A stretch of DNA of 64,000 nt from Macrostomum lignano (lineage: Eukaryota), in NCBI GenBank assembly GCA_002269645.1, contig NIVC01002197.1:27726-91725 (forward strand), given 5' to 3'. This document shows, in pieces, positions 63,708 through 64,000 of this stretch (the stretch's first letter is position 1; every line of letters starts with the position of its first letter). The notes below the pieces were generated by a model that made no database searches, was not told the DNA's origin, and worked only from the letters and a program-made list of their open reading frames with translations. Made by a program: the position numbers and the translations under genes.

Positions 63708-64000
63708 TACTCAAGCCATTCCCACGATTCACTACGATTGTACGCCCTTCTGTATGTTCGGGCCTGCTCGATGTTCATGTATGCACTGAGAGAGTAAAAA
63801 GTTGAGTTCAGTATATTTTGGGAAACATCGAAGTCAGGTATTTTCAAGTTTTCTCGATAACCAAAAAACGGAGCTGGACGATGCTAATTTCAAAGATTCA
63901 CTGGTGTCAAAACCACAACAGGTTCTGCCGTGTGTTTTCGTCGAGCGAGACAATGAAAATAAAATACCCGAGCTGGTTTGACCTCTAAAAAAATAAGGCT

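Overview
Eukaryotic, intron-rich, very repeat-dense invertebrate DNA. Repeat style and gene architecture suggest a flatworm such as Macrostomum (inference only). Most long ORFs in the supplied track are translations of micro- or minisatellites and are not genes. By manual splice-phase reconstruction I can assemble three genes. (1) An 18-exon, ~31-kb atypical copine (+, 17839-48842, ~622 aa) whose C2A domain has lost its Ca2+-binding loops while C2B and vWA keep theirs. (2) A 3-exon mini-filamin of three Ig repeats (+, 51046-52545). (3) An 8-exon secreted, extremely Arg/Lys-rich protein with two tandem hemicentin/vWA7-type vWA domains, each preceded by a Cys/Arg-rich module (-, 58322-55466, ~511 aa). 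Mobile DNA includes a stop-free but 3'-truncated Chapaev-type transposase ORF in copine intron 1, two tRNA-derived SINE families (2 and 3 copies), two foldback/MITE elements, a Helitron-like 3' end, two decayed RTE-type LINE fragments and a 5'-truncated RNase H LINE with a 9-bp TSD. About 30 tandem arrays are present; several sit just downstream of real splice donors and are built from units containing a 5' splice-site consensus. No CRISPR, rRNA or convincing functional tRNA was found.
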